64,000 nucleotides of DNA from Eledone cirrhosa (Eukaryota): contig CAXHJY010000376.1 of the NCBI GenBank assembly GCA_964016885.1, positions 1 through 64,000 of the forward strand. The letters run 5' to 3'. The position numbers were made by a program, and so were the translations under genes. Positions 32,885 through 45,624 of the stretch are shown in pieces. Position 1 is the first letter of the stretch. Every line of letters starts with the position of its first letter. The notes beneath the pieces are model-generated. The model was not told the origin of the DNA, ran no database searches, and saw nothing but the letters and a program-made list of their open reading frames with translations.

Positions 32885-34069
32885 ATGGCTAACCAGCAAA
32901 AATCCAAACAGAACTGGTCTGATAATGAAATCGACATTCTAATAAACACATGGCATTGCCTTTCCCAAACAGAAAATATAGATGCTTCATCTCTGAACGA
33001 CATTGCTAAACGTACAGTTCAATTTTTGAAAACTCGATCTGAACAACAGATTCAAAATAAATTAAAGCAAATCGAAATTGCTTTTAAATTAATCAATAAA
33101 CATTTGGATAAACTACGGTGTGTTTTCTCTTCGAATGCTGTCCAGCAGCAGCAACAACAACAACAGCAGCTACAACAGCAACAACAACAACAACAGCAGC
33201 TACAACAGCAACAACAACAACAGCTACAACAACAACATCAACAACAGCTACAACAACAACATCAACAACAGCAACAACAACAGTGTGAACCACTCCTTGA
33301 TTCATCAACAATGGCCGATCTACTAAATGAAACTATTGACCCCCCAGTAGCCTCTGTCTCACAGCATGAAACGCCACATCCTTTCTCTGGCCCAGCAGTC
33401 CAATCATCACCACTGCCAACATCTCTGCCTACTACTACTACTACAACATTTTTGTCTACTGCTATGTCAAGGAATTTACCTTCTAATACCAGAACAAGAA
33501 CTCTCCCTCCCACAGTCCACAAAGGTCGTCAAATCCTACCCAAACCATCATCTACACCTCTCACAACACCCACACCCATATACCCACCCACTCGAAACCC
33601 CATCATTTGCCGCTACTCTCTACGCTATAGAATATGTACGGATAGTGGCTGCAAATTCACCCATTTACCTAGGACAAAACGATCTATCCCCACAAACAGC
33701 CACCACCATAATACATACTCTAATTTAACACCAACACAACCACCAATAACTCAAACAAGGAATCCACAAATCTGCCGTTTTTCCCTGCGAGACAGATTGT
33801 GTTTAGACCGGGATTGTCCCTTTACCCATCTCCCGGGGACCCGTCGGATAAATGAAAATAAAATTAAAAATAAAAGCAAAAACAAAAACCATAACCTACA
33901 TAAAAATAACCACTACCACAGTCACCAACAGTCTTCTAAACAGGAAACTTCTTCCTCTTTTTTAGCCATAATGAATCTGGCAAAAGAACTGGAAAAAAAC
34001 ATTCGAGCTATCACCCAGCACCACCCTCCACTATCACCCCACTGCACAAACTCCCATTGCTGCCATTAA
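32885..34069 (+). CDS. LINE ORF1: Myb/SANT-like N-terminus, polyQ tract, two CCCH zinc fingers
   Basis: [14 protein letters not shown]...[11 protein letters not shown]; CAG/CAA tract at 33143-33283; [19 protein letters not shown] and [19 protein letters not shown]. Confidence 0.85.
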   Translation: MANQQKSKQNWSDNEIDILINTWHCLSQTENIDASSLNDIAKRTVQFLKTRSEQQIQNKLKQIEIAFKLINKHLDKLRCVFSSNAVQQQQQQQQQLQQQQQQQQQLQQQQQQQLQQQHQQQLQQQHQQQQQQQCEPLLDSSTMADLLNETIDPPVASVSQHETPHPFSGPAVQSSPLPTSLPTTTTTTFLSTAMSRNLPSNTRTRTLPPTVHKGRQILPKPSSTPLTTPTPIYPPTRNPIICRYSLRYRICTDSGCKFTHLPRTKRSIPTNSHHHNTYSNLTPTQPPITQTRNPQICRFSLRDRLCLDRDCPFTHLPGTRRINENKIKNKSKNKNHNLHKNNHYHSHQQSSKQETSSSFLAIMNLAKELEKNIRAITQHHPPLSPHCTNSHCCH

Positions 34070-37000
34070 CAAACAAACAAATTAACAACACACCAAAACA
34101 ATTAAAACCATCCACTCTCGCCTCTACATTTTTGCTTAACGCCCAAGGCATCAGCCCTTCCACCAATACTCAAAAATGGAAGATCAAATTCCTGGAGGAC
34201 TGGATTGATGTCCATCCAAACCACATCCCTTTCTTCGTCCTCACTGAAACCCATCTCAGTAACCTCCACTTGGAAGCCGAGGTGAAAGTGAAAAATTTCA
34301 AAGCCATCCGTGCTGATCGCGCTGGCAGAAGAAAGGGCGGAACTGCCATTTATGTCCATAATTCTTTCTCAACAGAGGCTATGAACATATTCACTAATGG
34401 ATACTGTGAGGCAGTCACTGTATTCAGTCAAACCAACAACCTATTAGTAGTTGGGCTCTATAGGCCACCCCAAACGCCTGTACCATGCTTCAAGGAATGC
34501 CTCAACAGCATAAAGTGTTTCATCCAAGAGTGTCACCCTGACAACATCTTAATGATGGGGGACTTCAACCTCCCCGGAGTTGACTGGTCCACAAACACCC
34601 TGCCACCAGGTTCTTCTGCCTCAACCTCTGACAGGGAAGCTGTGGAATCGCTTCTTGACTTCATGGATGATTTCTTCCTATCCCAACTAGTGCTCGAACC
34701 AACGAGGTGCCACAAAAACGTCCTAGACTTAATTTTCAGCAATCACACTGACAATATCCACAATATTGCAGTGGAGAAAACTCTACTCTCTGATCATGAC
34801 ATGGTTCTCTGTGATCTGAGATTCCACCGTCCAATATACAAACCCAATGTCATTTCTCCTGTCCATCCGTTTGACGCTATGGATTTCCACAATGCAAACT
34901 GGGAAGCGATCAGTCATGATCTTGCACATGTCGACTGGTCCTTCACGCACACTCATACACCCACTAACATCAAAAAGTCCTGGCAGACATTTGTGGACAC
35001 TGTTACAAACATATGTGCTAAACACACCCCATTAAGAACTATAAACAAATCTAAGAGCAGAATCCCTAGAAATAGAAAAACGCTCATCAGAAAAATTAAG
35101 AGAACGAACAAAAAAATCAACAATCTGAAATACTGTCAGCAGCAACACATCAACTTGACTGCCATTTCATCACTAGAGATTAAAAAACATAACCTCCAAA
35201 ACAACATAATGTCCCTCATCAACAATCAGAGAAGAGCTGAAGAGGCCTGGGCCATTGAGAAGATCAAACTCAATCCCAAAGTGTTCTTTTCATTTGCAAA
35301 AAAACACAAAATCACTGGCTCTACTGTTGGCCCTCTAATTGATGAAAATGGCACTCTTCAAGACAATGCTAAAACTATGGGTGAGATACTGCAGAAACAA
35401 TACTGCTCTGTTTTCAGCAATCCTGATATGGCCGATCTGGGCTGTATCGGCGATGTTACTCCCCATTACACCTTATCGGACATAACGTTTGGCGCCCCTG
35501 ATGTCTTGGCGGCAATAAAGGAAATCAAGCATAATTCAGCAGTAGGTCCCGATAGGTTCCCTGCTTGTGTCTTGAAGGCGTGTCAACACCAACTTGCTTC
35601 TCCTCTTGCCAATCTGTGGCGGAACTCACTGGATGCTGGATATGTGCCAGAAAACCTTCTATCCCAGTCTGTTGTCCCAGTTTTCAAAAAGGGAAACAAA
35701 TCCCTTGCCGTGAATTACCGTCCAATCTCACTCACCTCTCATATCATTAAGGTATTTGAGCGAGTGGTGAGATCGCGAATGACCCACTTCCTTGAGAGTA
35801 ACAATATGCTGAACTCCAACCAGCATGGATTCCGTAATGGAAGGGATTGCCTGACGCAACTACTGCATCACTTTGATGACATTTTGAGAGCCTTGGGAGA
35901 GGGTTCCAACACTGATGTTATCTACCTTGATTTCAGCAAGGCCTTTGACAGGGTTGATCATAACATTCTACTGAGAAAGCTGTCCAATATTGGTGTCACT
36001 GGAAAGCTGCTGCAGTGGATCAAGAGCTTCCTGTCAAACAGAACCCAACATGTTGTAGTTGAGGGAGTCAAATCAAGCCCAGCCAAAGTCAGTAGTGGAG
36101 TCCCACAAGGCACTGTGTTGGGCCCACTTCTCTTCATCATCTATATTAATGACATCACTGACATCATCAAACACAGCAACATTAAAATTTTCGCTGATGA
36201 TTCCAAGCTCCAAAAGGTCATCAATGGCGTGGATGACCGGATAAGCCTTCAGTCAGACCTACTGGCTGTTACCCAATGGGCAGAAAAGAACAACATGTTA
36301 CTGAACGAAGACAAATTCGAACTGATCCACTTTGGAAAAGAGGATGCTCTGAAACTCCCGTACTCCCTTCCCTCCGGGGAAACTCTCGTGGCATCTAACA
36401 ACATCAGAGACTTGGGAGTAACCGTGGACAGCAACATAAGCTGGACCACGCATATAAGCAGCAAAGTTGACATGGCCCGCAGAATGTGTTCCTGGATCCT
36501 CAGAACCTTCCAGTCGAGAGATTCCCGCACCATTATCCTTCTCTTCTCTACTTTCGCCCGACCACACCTTGAATACTGTTGTCCACTGTGGTCTCCCCAC
36601 ACGAAACAAAGTATCATGAAACTTGAAGCTCCTCAAAGGGCAATCACGAAAAAGATAGATGGCATGTCAGACCTTGACTACTGGGGTCGATTGGAAAACC
36701 TGAAACTTTACTCACTCCAACGTCGCCGTGAGCGTTATATTATCTGCATGATGTGGAAAATGTTCCATCATCACTGCCCAAATGATGTTGGCATCGCCTT
36801 CAAGATACACCCAAGGCTTGGGCCCCGTGCTATCCGTCCCATTCAAAAATCTAAATCGCAACTCATAACAACAATACGGCACAATTATTTCACCTCAATC
36901 GGCCCTGCTCTCTTCAACATCACACCAGGACACGTCAAAACAGAAACTGACCACACAAAATTCAAGAAGTCTTTGGACAAATTCCTCCAAGTAATCCCGG

Positions 37001-37077
37001 ACAAACCACCCACACCCGGATATGTCTCCGCAAACAGTAATTCTGTTCTCGAATGGGCCATGGTGCCCAAATTCTGA
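34057..37077 (+). CDS. LINE ORF2: APE endonuclease plus reverse transcriptase (frame open from 33940)
   Basis: LNAQGI, LTETHL, YRPP, MGDFN, LDL, SDHD; [47 protein letters not shown]. Confidence 0.96.
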   Translation: MLPLTNKQINNTPKQLKPSTLASTFLLNAQGISPSTNTQKWKIKFLEDWIDVHPNHIPFFVLTETHLSNLHLEAEVKVKNFKAIRADRAGRRKGGTAIYVHNSFSTEAMNIFTNGYCEAVTVFSQTNNLLVVGLYRPPQTPVPCFKECLNSIKCFIQECHPDNILMMGDFNLPGVDWSTNTLPPGSSASTSDREAVESLLDFMDDFFLSQLVLEPTRCHKNVLDLIFSNHTDNIHNIAVEKTLLSDHDMVLCDLRFHRPIYKPNVISPVHPFDAMDFHNANWEAISHDLAHVDWSFTHTHTPTNIKKSWQTFVDTVTNICAKHTPLRTINKSKSRIPRNRKTLIRKIKRTNKKINNLKYCQQQHINLTAISSLEIKKHNLQNNIMSLINNQRRAEEAWAIEKIKLNPKVFFSFAKKHKITGSTVGPLIDENGTLQDNAKTMGEILQKQYCSVFSNPDMADLGCIGDVTPHYTLSDITFGAPDVLAAIKEIKHNSAVGPDRFPACVLKACQHQLASPLANLWRNSLDAGYVPENLLSQSVVPVFKKGNKSLAVNYRPISLTSHIIKVFERVVRSRMTHFLESNNMLNSNQHGFRNGRDCLTQLLHHFDDILRALGEGSNTDVIYLDFSKAFDRVDHNILLRKLSNIGVTGKLLQWIKSFLSNRTQHVVVEGVKSSPAKVSSGVPQGTVLGPLLFIIYINDITDIIKHSNIKIFADDSKLQKVINGVDDRISLQSDLLAVTQWAEKNNMLLNEDKFELIHFGKEDALKLPYSLPSGETLVASNNIRDLGVTVDSNISWTTHISSKVDMARRMCSWILRTFQSRDSRTIILLFSTFARPHLEYCCPLWSPHTKQSIMKLEAPQRAITKKIDGMSDLDYWGRLENLKLYSLQRRRERYIICMMWKMFHHHCPNDVGIAFKIHPRLGPRAIRPIQKSKSQLITTIRHNYFTSIGPALFNITPGHVKTETDHTKFKKSLDKFLQVIPDKPPTPGYVSANSNSVLEWAMVPKF

Positions 37078-37164
37078 ATTGAAAGACTTCGCCAGGTGGT
37101 GCTATTAAGTTAGACATGGCCTGGGCCAATACTGGCCAAAACATTTCAAAGTTATTCAAAGTTA

Positions 37165-37166
37165 TA

Positions 37167-37197
<31 letters not shown>

Positions 37198-37233
37198 ATG
37201 TGTGTGTATATATATATATATGTATATACATAT

Positions 37234-37302
<69 letters not shown>

Positions 37303-37350
37303 TATGTGTATATATATATGTATATATATATATATATGTATATATATATG

Positions 37351-37382
<32 letters not shown>

Positions 37383-37530
37383 TATATATGTGTATATATA
37401 TATGTATATATATATATATATATATATGTGTGTATGTATATATATGTATATATATGTGTATATATATGTATATGTATATATGTATATATATGTGTATGTA
37501 TATATATATATATATGTATGTATGTGTATG

Positions 37531-37561
<31 letters not shown>

Positions 37562-37604
37562 GTATATATATGTGTATGTATATATATATGTATGTATGTG
37601 TATG

Positions 37605-37635
<31 letters not shown>

Positions 37636-37784
37636 GTATATATATGTGTATGTGTATGTATGTATATATGTATGTGTATGTATGTGTGTATGTATATGTA
37701 TGTGTGTGTATATATGTATATATATGTGTATATGTATATGTATATATATATGTGTATATGTGTGTGTGTATATATATATGTATG

Positions 37785-37815
<31 letters not shown>

Positions 37816-37959
37816 ATATATATATGTATATATATATATGTATGTGTATGTATGTATGTGTGTATGTATGTATATATGTATATATGTATATGTGTATATA
37901 CATATGTATGTATATATATATATATATATACATATGTATATATATATATATATATATAC

Positions 37960-37995
<36 letters not shown>

Positions 37996-38074
37996 ACATA
38001 TGTATATATATATATATATATATATACATATGTATATATACATATGTATGTATATGTGTATATGTATGTATATG

Positions 38075-38107
<33 letters not shown>

Positions 38108-39479
38108 GTGTATATATATACATATGTATATGTGTATGTATATATATATATATATGCATATGTGTGTGTATGTGTGTATGTATATATATATATATATGTA
38201 TGTATGTGTATGTATATGTGTATGTGTATATGTGTATATATGTATGTATGTGTATGTATATGCATGTGTATATATATATATATATACATGTGTGTATGTA
38301 TGTATATATATATATGTGTGTATATGTGTGTATGCATATGTATATATATATGTATATATATGTATGTATATGTGTGTATGTATATATATGTATATATGTA
38401 TATATGTATGTATATATATATATATATGTATGTATATATGTACATATGTATATATGTGTATATATATATATATGTATGTATATATGTGCATATGTATGTA
38501 TATATATATATATATGTATATATATGTATATATATATGTATGTGTATATGTGCATGTGTATATATATATATATATGTATATATATGTGTGTATATATATA
38601 TGTATGTATATATATATGTATATATATACATGTGTATATGTATATATATATATGTGTGTGTATATGTGCATATGTATATATGTATATATATGTATGTATA
38701 TATATATATATATGTATGTGTGTATGTGCATATGTATATATATATATATATGTATGTATATATATGTATATGTATGTATATGTGTGCATATGTATATGTA
38801 TATGTATATATGTATGTATATATATACATATGTATATATATATATATGTATGTGTGTGTGTACATGTGTATGTGTGTATATACATGTGTGTGTATGTGTA
38901 TGCATATGTATGTATATATGTACATATATATGTATATATGTGTATGTATATACATATATATATGTATGTGTATGTATATATGTATGTATGTATGTATGTA
39001 TATGTGTGTATGTATGTATGTATATATGTATGTATATATGTGTATGTATGTATATATATATATATATGTATGTATATATATATATATATGTATGTATGTG
39101 TATGTATATGTATGTATGTATGTATATATGTGTGTGTATGTATGTATGTATATATATGTGTATATGTATGTATGTATATATATGTATATATGTATGTATG
39201 TATATATATGTGTATATGTATGTATGTATATATATGTATATATGTATGTATGTATGTATATATGTATATATATGTATGTATGTATATGTATATATATATA
39301 TGTATGTATGTATATATATGTGTGTATGTATGTATGTATGTATATGTGTGTATATATGTATGTATGTATCTATATATGTATGTATGTATCTATATATGTA
39401 TGTATGTATCTATATATGTATGTATGTATGTATATATATGTATGTATATATGTATGTATGTATATATGTATGTATGTAT
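37165..39479. repeat. Mixed (TA)/(TG)/(TACA) microsatellite grading into (TATG)n
   Basis: Directly visible. Confidence 0.95.
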
Positions 39480-40086
39480 GTCAGGTCACCACTTGGTGCT
39501 ACTGGTAACATGTATCCCAGTACAACCTGTCTCATGGTCGGGTCGTTGGCGACTAAACTGGCAACCCCACTAAGGTTTCTTGGTGAGGAGGGTGACTTTG
39601 GACATCCTGCAGGACTAAAAACAAAACCTGTCAAAGGGCAAAGGAGCTCTTAAGAGTCAATGGCCATCCAAAATCACTGGGAGAGATGACCCCTTAGCCT
39701 TTGTCAAGGCAGAATTCTAGGAGAAGGAAAACTCTGATATAACACCTGCAACCCTGATGGTATCCAATGATGTTGACTTGTTCTTCTTTTTGGTAAATAT
39801 CATCTTGGTTAAGAGAGTGGGACTGGCTTTGTGCAGTGCCTTTGCTCACTATAAAAGCTTCACGGCACAGGCATTGCTTTATATCTGGAGATCTCTCTGC
39901 ACTTGCCGTCACATGGTACCATGGGCCCAGCACTATGTGTCAATAATTGTCACAAGTGTAGTGTTTGTACCAGAGTTTTCAAGTCGCTGGCTGGACTAAA
40001 ATGTCACACTCGTTCAGCGCATCGGTAGGGGTTCTCCTACATGGATATAAAGTAGTGGCCGTACTCGAAAACGAGTTGGCAGCCAC

Positions 40087-40088
<2 letters not shown>
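39480..40088 (+). mobile_element. Element C, full-length copy (609 bp)
   Basis: Starts GTCAGGTCACC and ends GCAGCCACCA, like 63372-63980 and 49878-50484. Confidence 0.95.
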
Positions 40089-40117
<29 letters not shown>

Positions 40118-40147
40118 ATATATATATATGTATGTATATATATGTAT

Positions 40148-40202
<55 letters not shown>

Positions 40203-40223
40203 TATGTATGTATATATATGTAT

Positions 40224-40264
<41 letters not shown>

Positions 40265-40486
40265 TATGTATGTATATATATTTATGTATGTATATATATG
40301 TATATATATATATGTATGTATATATATATATGTATATATATATATGTATATATATATATGTATATATATATATGTATATATGTATATATATATGTATATG
40401 TATATATATGTATGTATATGTATGTATGTATGTATATGTATGTATGTATATGTATATGTATGTGTATGTATATATATATATGTATA

Positions 40487-43400
40487 TCATCATCATCAAC
40501 GTTTAACGTCCGTGTTCCACGCTTGCATGGGTTTGGACGGGGTTAGTCCCACTTGAGGCAAGAGTGATTGTCTTGCTCGCATAGGACTGTCTGGCAGGTT
40601 TTCTACAGTTGGATGCCCTTCCTAACACCAACCACATTTACAGTGTGGGTCTGGGAGGTTTTTACCGTGTTGCCTACACGGCCACATTACAGCGTGGACT
40701 GTGTGTTTTTTTGTCGTGACACCTACACGATCTCATTTGTTTCGGCCTCGATGGCGCGGCACCAACATAACTTTACATAGAACGGGGTGGTGTGGATGGG
40801 GTGGGGGTGGTGGTGGTGGGACGGGGTGTATTTTGTTAGAGATGCCTACTGGCTGGAGTAGGTTTTACTATATATTTAGGTAAGGCGGGTCTTCTCTGTT
40901 ACTGAGTACCGCCAAAGGTCTCGGTCCAGTGACATTGTCTTGGAGAGGTGTAAGTGTGTGATGTCGGAGTTTATCAGCTCGTCCCAGGTTTTTCTAGGTC
41001 TGCCTATTCCGTGACTGCCGTCTATCTTTATTGCCCTGCACTTTGTTATACAGCTATCGACTTTCATGCGCATCACGTGTCCATACCAACGTAGCCTTCT
41101 CTCGAGTAAACAACATCTGATCCCTCTTATCTCTAATTTTTTCCTTAGTTCGTTTATGCTTTGCCGTTCACGTATATTACTGTATCACATCCAGCGGAGC
41201 ATGCAAGCTTCGTTCCTCTCTAGTCTGCGTATATCCTCTGCACACAATGCCCAGGTCTCACTGCCATGCAGCATTGCTGTTCGTATGCAGGCATCGTACA
41301 ACCTGCCTTTCATTTTTAGGGAGAACCCTTTAGCAGCTAATAGTGGTATAAGCTCTCTGAACTTTTTCCAACCAGTTCTGACTCTAGCTACAGTACTTTC
41401 AGAGCACCCTCCCCCACTGCTGATTTTATCGCCCAGGTAACGGAAGCTGTCCACTATTTCTATAGAACCCTCTGCGCAATTGAAAGAGCTAGTATTTTGT
41501 GGGCACTTGCTGCTACTTATTGCACCAGAACACCGGCCACATGTAAAATCTATGTTCTTAGTTAGCTTACCTGTGATCCCACTACATCTTTTATGCACCC
41601 ATACTTTGCATTTAGGACATAAAATGGAGTTTCTACCTACGCCTTTCCTACACACCGAGCACGACCATTTCCCAGAAGGGACCGCCGCCTTGTTTTCTTT
41701 CCTACAAACTAGTACTTTGGTCTTAGCCAGGTTAATTTTAAGTCCTTTTGACTCTAGGCCGTGCTTCCATGTTTGGAATTTCTTCTCTAGCTCGGCCATT
41801 GATTCTGCTATGAGTGTCAGGTCGTCTGCGTATAGGAGTTCCCATGGGCAGCCTGTCTTGAACTCCTCTGTTATAGCCTGAAGGGCAATAATAAATAGTA
41901 GTGGGCTGAGAACAGAGCCCTGATGGACGCCAACTTTTACGCTAAACTCTTCACTATATTCGTTGTTAATTCTAACCTTGCTGACTGTTTCTTTATACAT
42001 GGCTTGTATAGCCCTCACAAGCCATTCGTCAACGCCTAGTTTTCTAAGAGCCCACCAGATAATGGAGCGGGGGACTCTGTCGAAGGCTTTCTCCAAGTCG
42101 ACAAAAGCTAAGTAGAGGGGTTTACCTTTAGCTAGGTACTTCTCCTGTAGTTGTCGTACTATGAAAAGAGCGTCTGTGGTACTTTTGCCTGACACAAACC
42201 CGAACTGCATTTCATCTAGGTCAATTCTCTCTCTGATTAGTTGCGCTATTACTTTTTCCGTGACCTTCATGACCTGGTCGATTAATTTAATGCCTCTATA
42301 GTTACTCCTATCTAGGGCGTCTCCTTTACCCTTATAACAGTTAACGATGATGCTGCTATGCCAGTCCTTCGGAACAACCCCATTCTGTACGACTTGGTTA
42401 ACTATGCGGGTGACCATGGTGTGTCCCACCGTGCCAGATGCCTTCAGCATCTCAGCAACTATTTCCGAAGGCCCAGCCGCCTTACCTGTCTTCATATCCT
42501 TGATTGCCTTACTTATTATACTCCCCTCGACTAACACTGCTGGTCCCTCTATTGGGTCGATATGGGGGAGACTGTCTTTCTCCCATTTATTCTCCTCATT
42601 TAGTAGCCTTTCATAGTGACACTTCCAAGCTACCTTCTTATCAGCGTCGGTGATGGCAAGTGTGCCATCGTCGTTTAGTACACACTTCTCCCCGACAATA
42701 TCACGGTTTTCCTTGACGCATTGCCTAGCAATCCTGAACACCTCACGTTTTTGGTCATCGCGTTGTAGAACATGCTTGAACTTTCTTTCCTCAGCTTCCC
42801 TTCTTGCTAAGTACACTTGTCTCCTAGCTTCCCTCCTGGCCACTTGATAGTCTTCTCTACTTCCCCCATCCCGCCATACTTTCCAAGCCTGCTTTTTGGC
42901 CTTAATTGACCCCTCCACCTTACTGTTCCACCACCATGTTACTCTCCTCCTGCCTACAGGCCTGCTCCAGCCACAGACTTCGTCTGTCGCCAACAGCAGG
43001 TTTGCTTTCAGAAATTCCCACTCTCCCTCTATATTGTCCGACTCTAAATGTTCTTCCTTACTGTCGAAAGCATCAAGTAATATGCTTTGAAATTTATTCC
43101 TGGCTGTGGGGTCCTTTAGCTTCCATATTTTTCTCCTGAGGATAGTCCTCTTCTGCTGTCGAGTACGTCTCGTCCTGACTATGAGGTCGCTAATTATCAG
43201 TCTATGTTGGGAGGTGCATTCTTCATGGGGGAGGGATTTAGTGTTTACAACAGACACTCTGTCACGTCTTCTGGTAAGGATATAATCTACCTGGCTTGTG
43301 TGTTCCCCGGATCTATAGGTGATCAGGTGATTGTCACGTTTTTTGAAGTTAGTGTTACAGATAGTTAGGTTATTTGCATCACAGAATTCCAGGATTCTGG

Positions 43401-44220
43401 AGCCTTCCTCATTTCTAGTACCAAACCCATAGCCTCCATGGATTTCGTCGTAGCCGTCACAATGTTGTCCAACGTGACCATTTAGGTCGCCTGCGATAAT
43501 TATATAGTCACTGTCGGATATTTGGGAGGTAGTTAGCATCAGTGTCTCATAGAATCTGTCTTTTATAGTGCCGGGCAGTCCGGATTGGGGTGCGTACGCA
43601 GATATTACTGTCACCGTAGTTCTATTGAGGACAAGTCGTATTTTAATTATTCTGTCGTTCACTCTATTTACGTCTATTATCTTATCTGCCCACTTTTCTG
43701 CTACCATGATTCCTACTCCACCCAGCCCATCGTCGTTTCCCACCCAGAAAAGCTTATAACATCGTTTTTTACCCTCAATGAACCTAGCAGACACACCCCT
43801 CCACCTGGTCTCTTGAATACAACAAACATCGACCTCCTTACATTCAAGCATTCCTACAACCTCGTTAGCGCGCCCCTTTAGGGTGCCTACATTTATGGAA
43901 CCAACTCTGAAGTTTTGGATTGCGTTTGGGGGTTGGGGGCAGTGGGGGGCGGGGGGCGATGGGGTTATGTTAGCCGTCCGCGGTCGAAACAATGAGGAGT
44001 GCTCGCATTCTCGTCCAAGAGGTGAATTTGTCTTTATCTTTGGCATTGTCGCTTGAGCGTCCAGATATTTCTCTCTCTCTCCCCCACTCTCCAGGATTCC
44101 GCAGTCCATCCATCCATCATATATCGAAAGGCAACCAGGCAAGCGATAGTATAGGCCTCTGGCTTCTGATTGGTCCGCATAATAGTACTGGTGATGCGTG
44201 GGGGCTCTGTTTTATGATTT
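40487..44220 (-). mobile_element. RTE family A LINE, near full-length
   Basis: Short 5' region, APE-RT ORF, ~390-bp 3' UTR and (GAT)n tail. Confidence 0.96.
40876..44046 (-). pseudogene. RTE-A APE-RT ORF with one premature in-frame TGA at 41185-41187
   Basis: [26 protein letters not shown]; [32 protein letters not shown] reads TGA TAC here, and the ORF resumes in the same frame down to 40876. Confidence 0.9.
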
Positions 44221-44229
44221 ATATATATG

Positions 44230-44298
<69 letters not shown>

Positions 44299-44317
44299 GT
44301 ATATGTATATATATATG

Positions 44318-44350
<33 letters not shown>

Positions 44351-44415
44351 GTATATGTATATATATATGTATATATATATATATGTATATGTATATATAT
44401 ATGTATATATATATG

Positions 44416-44446
<31 letters not shown>

Positions 44447-44463
44447 GTATATGTATATATATG

Positions 44464-44498
<35 letters not shown>

Positions 44499-44723
44499 GT
44501 ATATATATGTATATGTATATATATGTATATATATATATATATATATATACATATATATATACGGAGGTATATATACGGACATATGTATATCTGTGTGTGT
44601 GTGTGTGTATACACGTGTGTATGTGTGTGTGTATGTGTATATATGTATATTTAGTTATGTACCTTTATGTGTGTATATGTATGTATGTGTGTGTATGTAT
44701 ATGTATGTATATATGTATATATT

Positions 44724-44754
<31 letters not shown>

Positions 44755-45532
44755 GTGTGTATATGTATGTGTATATATATATATATATGTATATATATAT
44801 ACCCATGTGGTGGTATGAGTACATATTCGTGTGTGTACGTATGTGTATATGTGTTTTTATATGTGTCTCTATATGTTTTTGTGTATGGATGTGAATGTAT
44901 TTGTACATGGGTGTGTGATTGATGGTGTCTGCCTATATATTCCTACATATGCCCGTGTGTGTATGTACGTATATACGCACATATGTGTGTGTTGAACAAA
45001 GGACTAATTTGGGGATGGACATAGAAAAATTCTTCAGAAAAAAATAAAAGAATAATTATTTACAAACTTGGCAGGTGCGATTTGCCTGTGACCATTCTCA
45101 ACACAAAAGGAATACTAAAAGCTTTTTCCCCTGAATAAAGGAATTTTTCGAGAATGACAGTGGCAGGCCACACTTCCTACATTTCTCCCCACCCAACCCT
45201 ACTCACCTTCTCAACTCATTACTGCTATTAACACTTTTTCAACACACCTACAGACATACACTTATTAAAGGGGGAGAAAAGAAACCCCACCACACCACAG
45301 ACATGTTAAATCCATATATATATATATATATGTATATATATATGTATATATATGTATATATTTATATATATATATATATCTATGTATATATATACATACA
45401 TATATGTATATATATATATATATATATATGTGTATATATATATATATGTGTATATATGTATATATATGTGTATATATATATATATGTGTATATATATATA
45501 TATGTGTATATATGTATATATATATATATGTG

Positions 45533-45593
<61 letters not shown>

Positions 45594-45624
45594 GTATATA
45601 TGTATATATATATATATATATATC

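Larger units (their letters stand above)
32822..37164 (+). mobile_element. Apparently full-length two-ORF CR1/Jockey-group LINE
   Basis: ORF1 plus uninterrupted APE-RT ORF2, then a short 3' UTR ending in (TTCAAAGTTA)x2; TA tracts on both sides. Confidence 0.93.

Noticed and set aside
32822-37164. Target-site duplications around insertions
   Set aside because: The flanks are TA microsatellite, so TSDs cannot be distinguished from the repeat.
41185-41187. In-frame TGA at a Cys position as possible selenocysteine
   Set aside because: Other copies have TGT and the adjacent codon is changed as well (TA>AT swap), so this is a private mutation or sequencing error.
44800-45310. Unique-looking sequence as a possible host exon
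   Set aside because: No ORF, recognisable motif or supportable splice structure; the same applies to 23150-23400 and 50533-50640.
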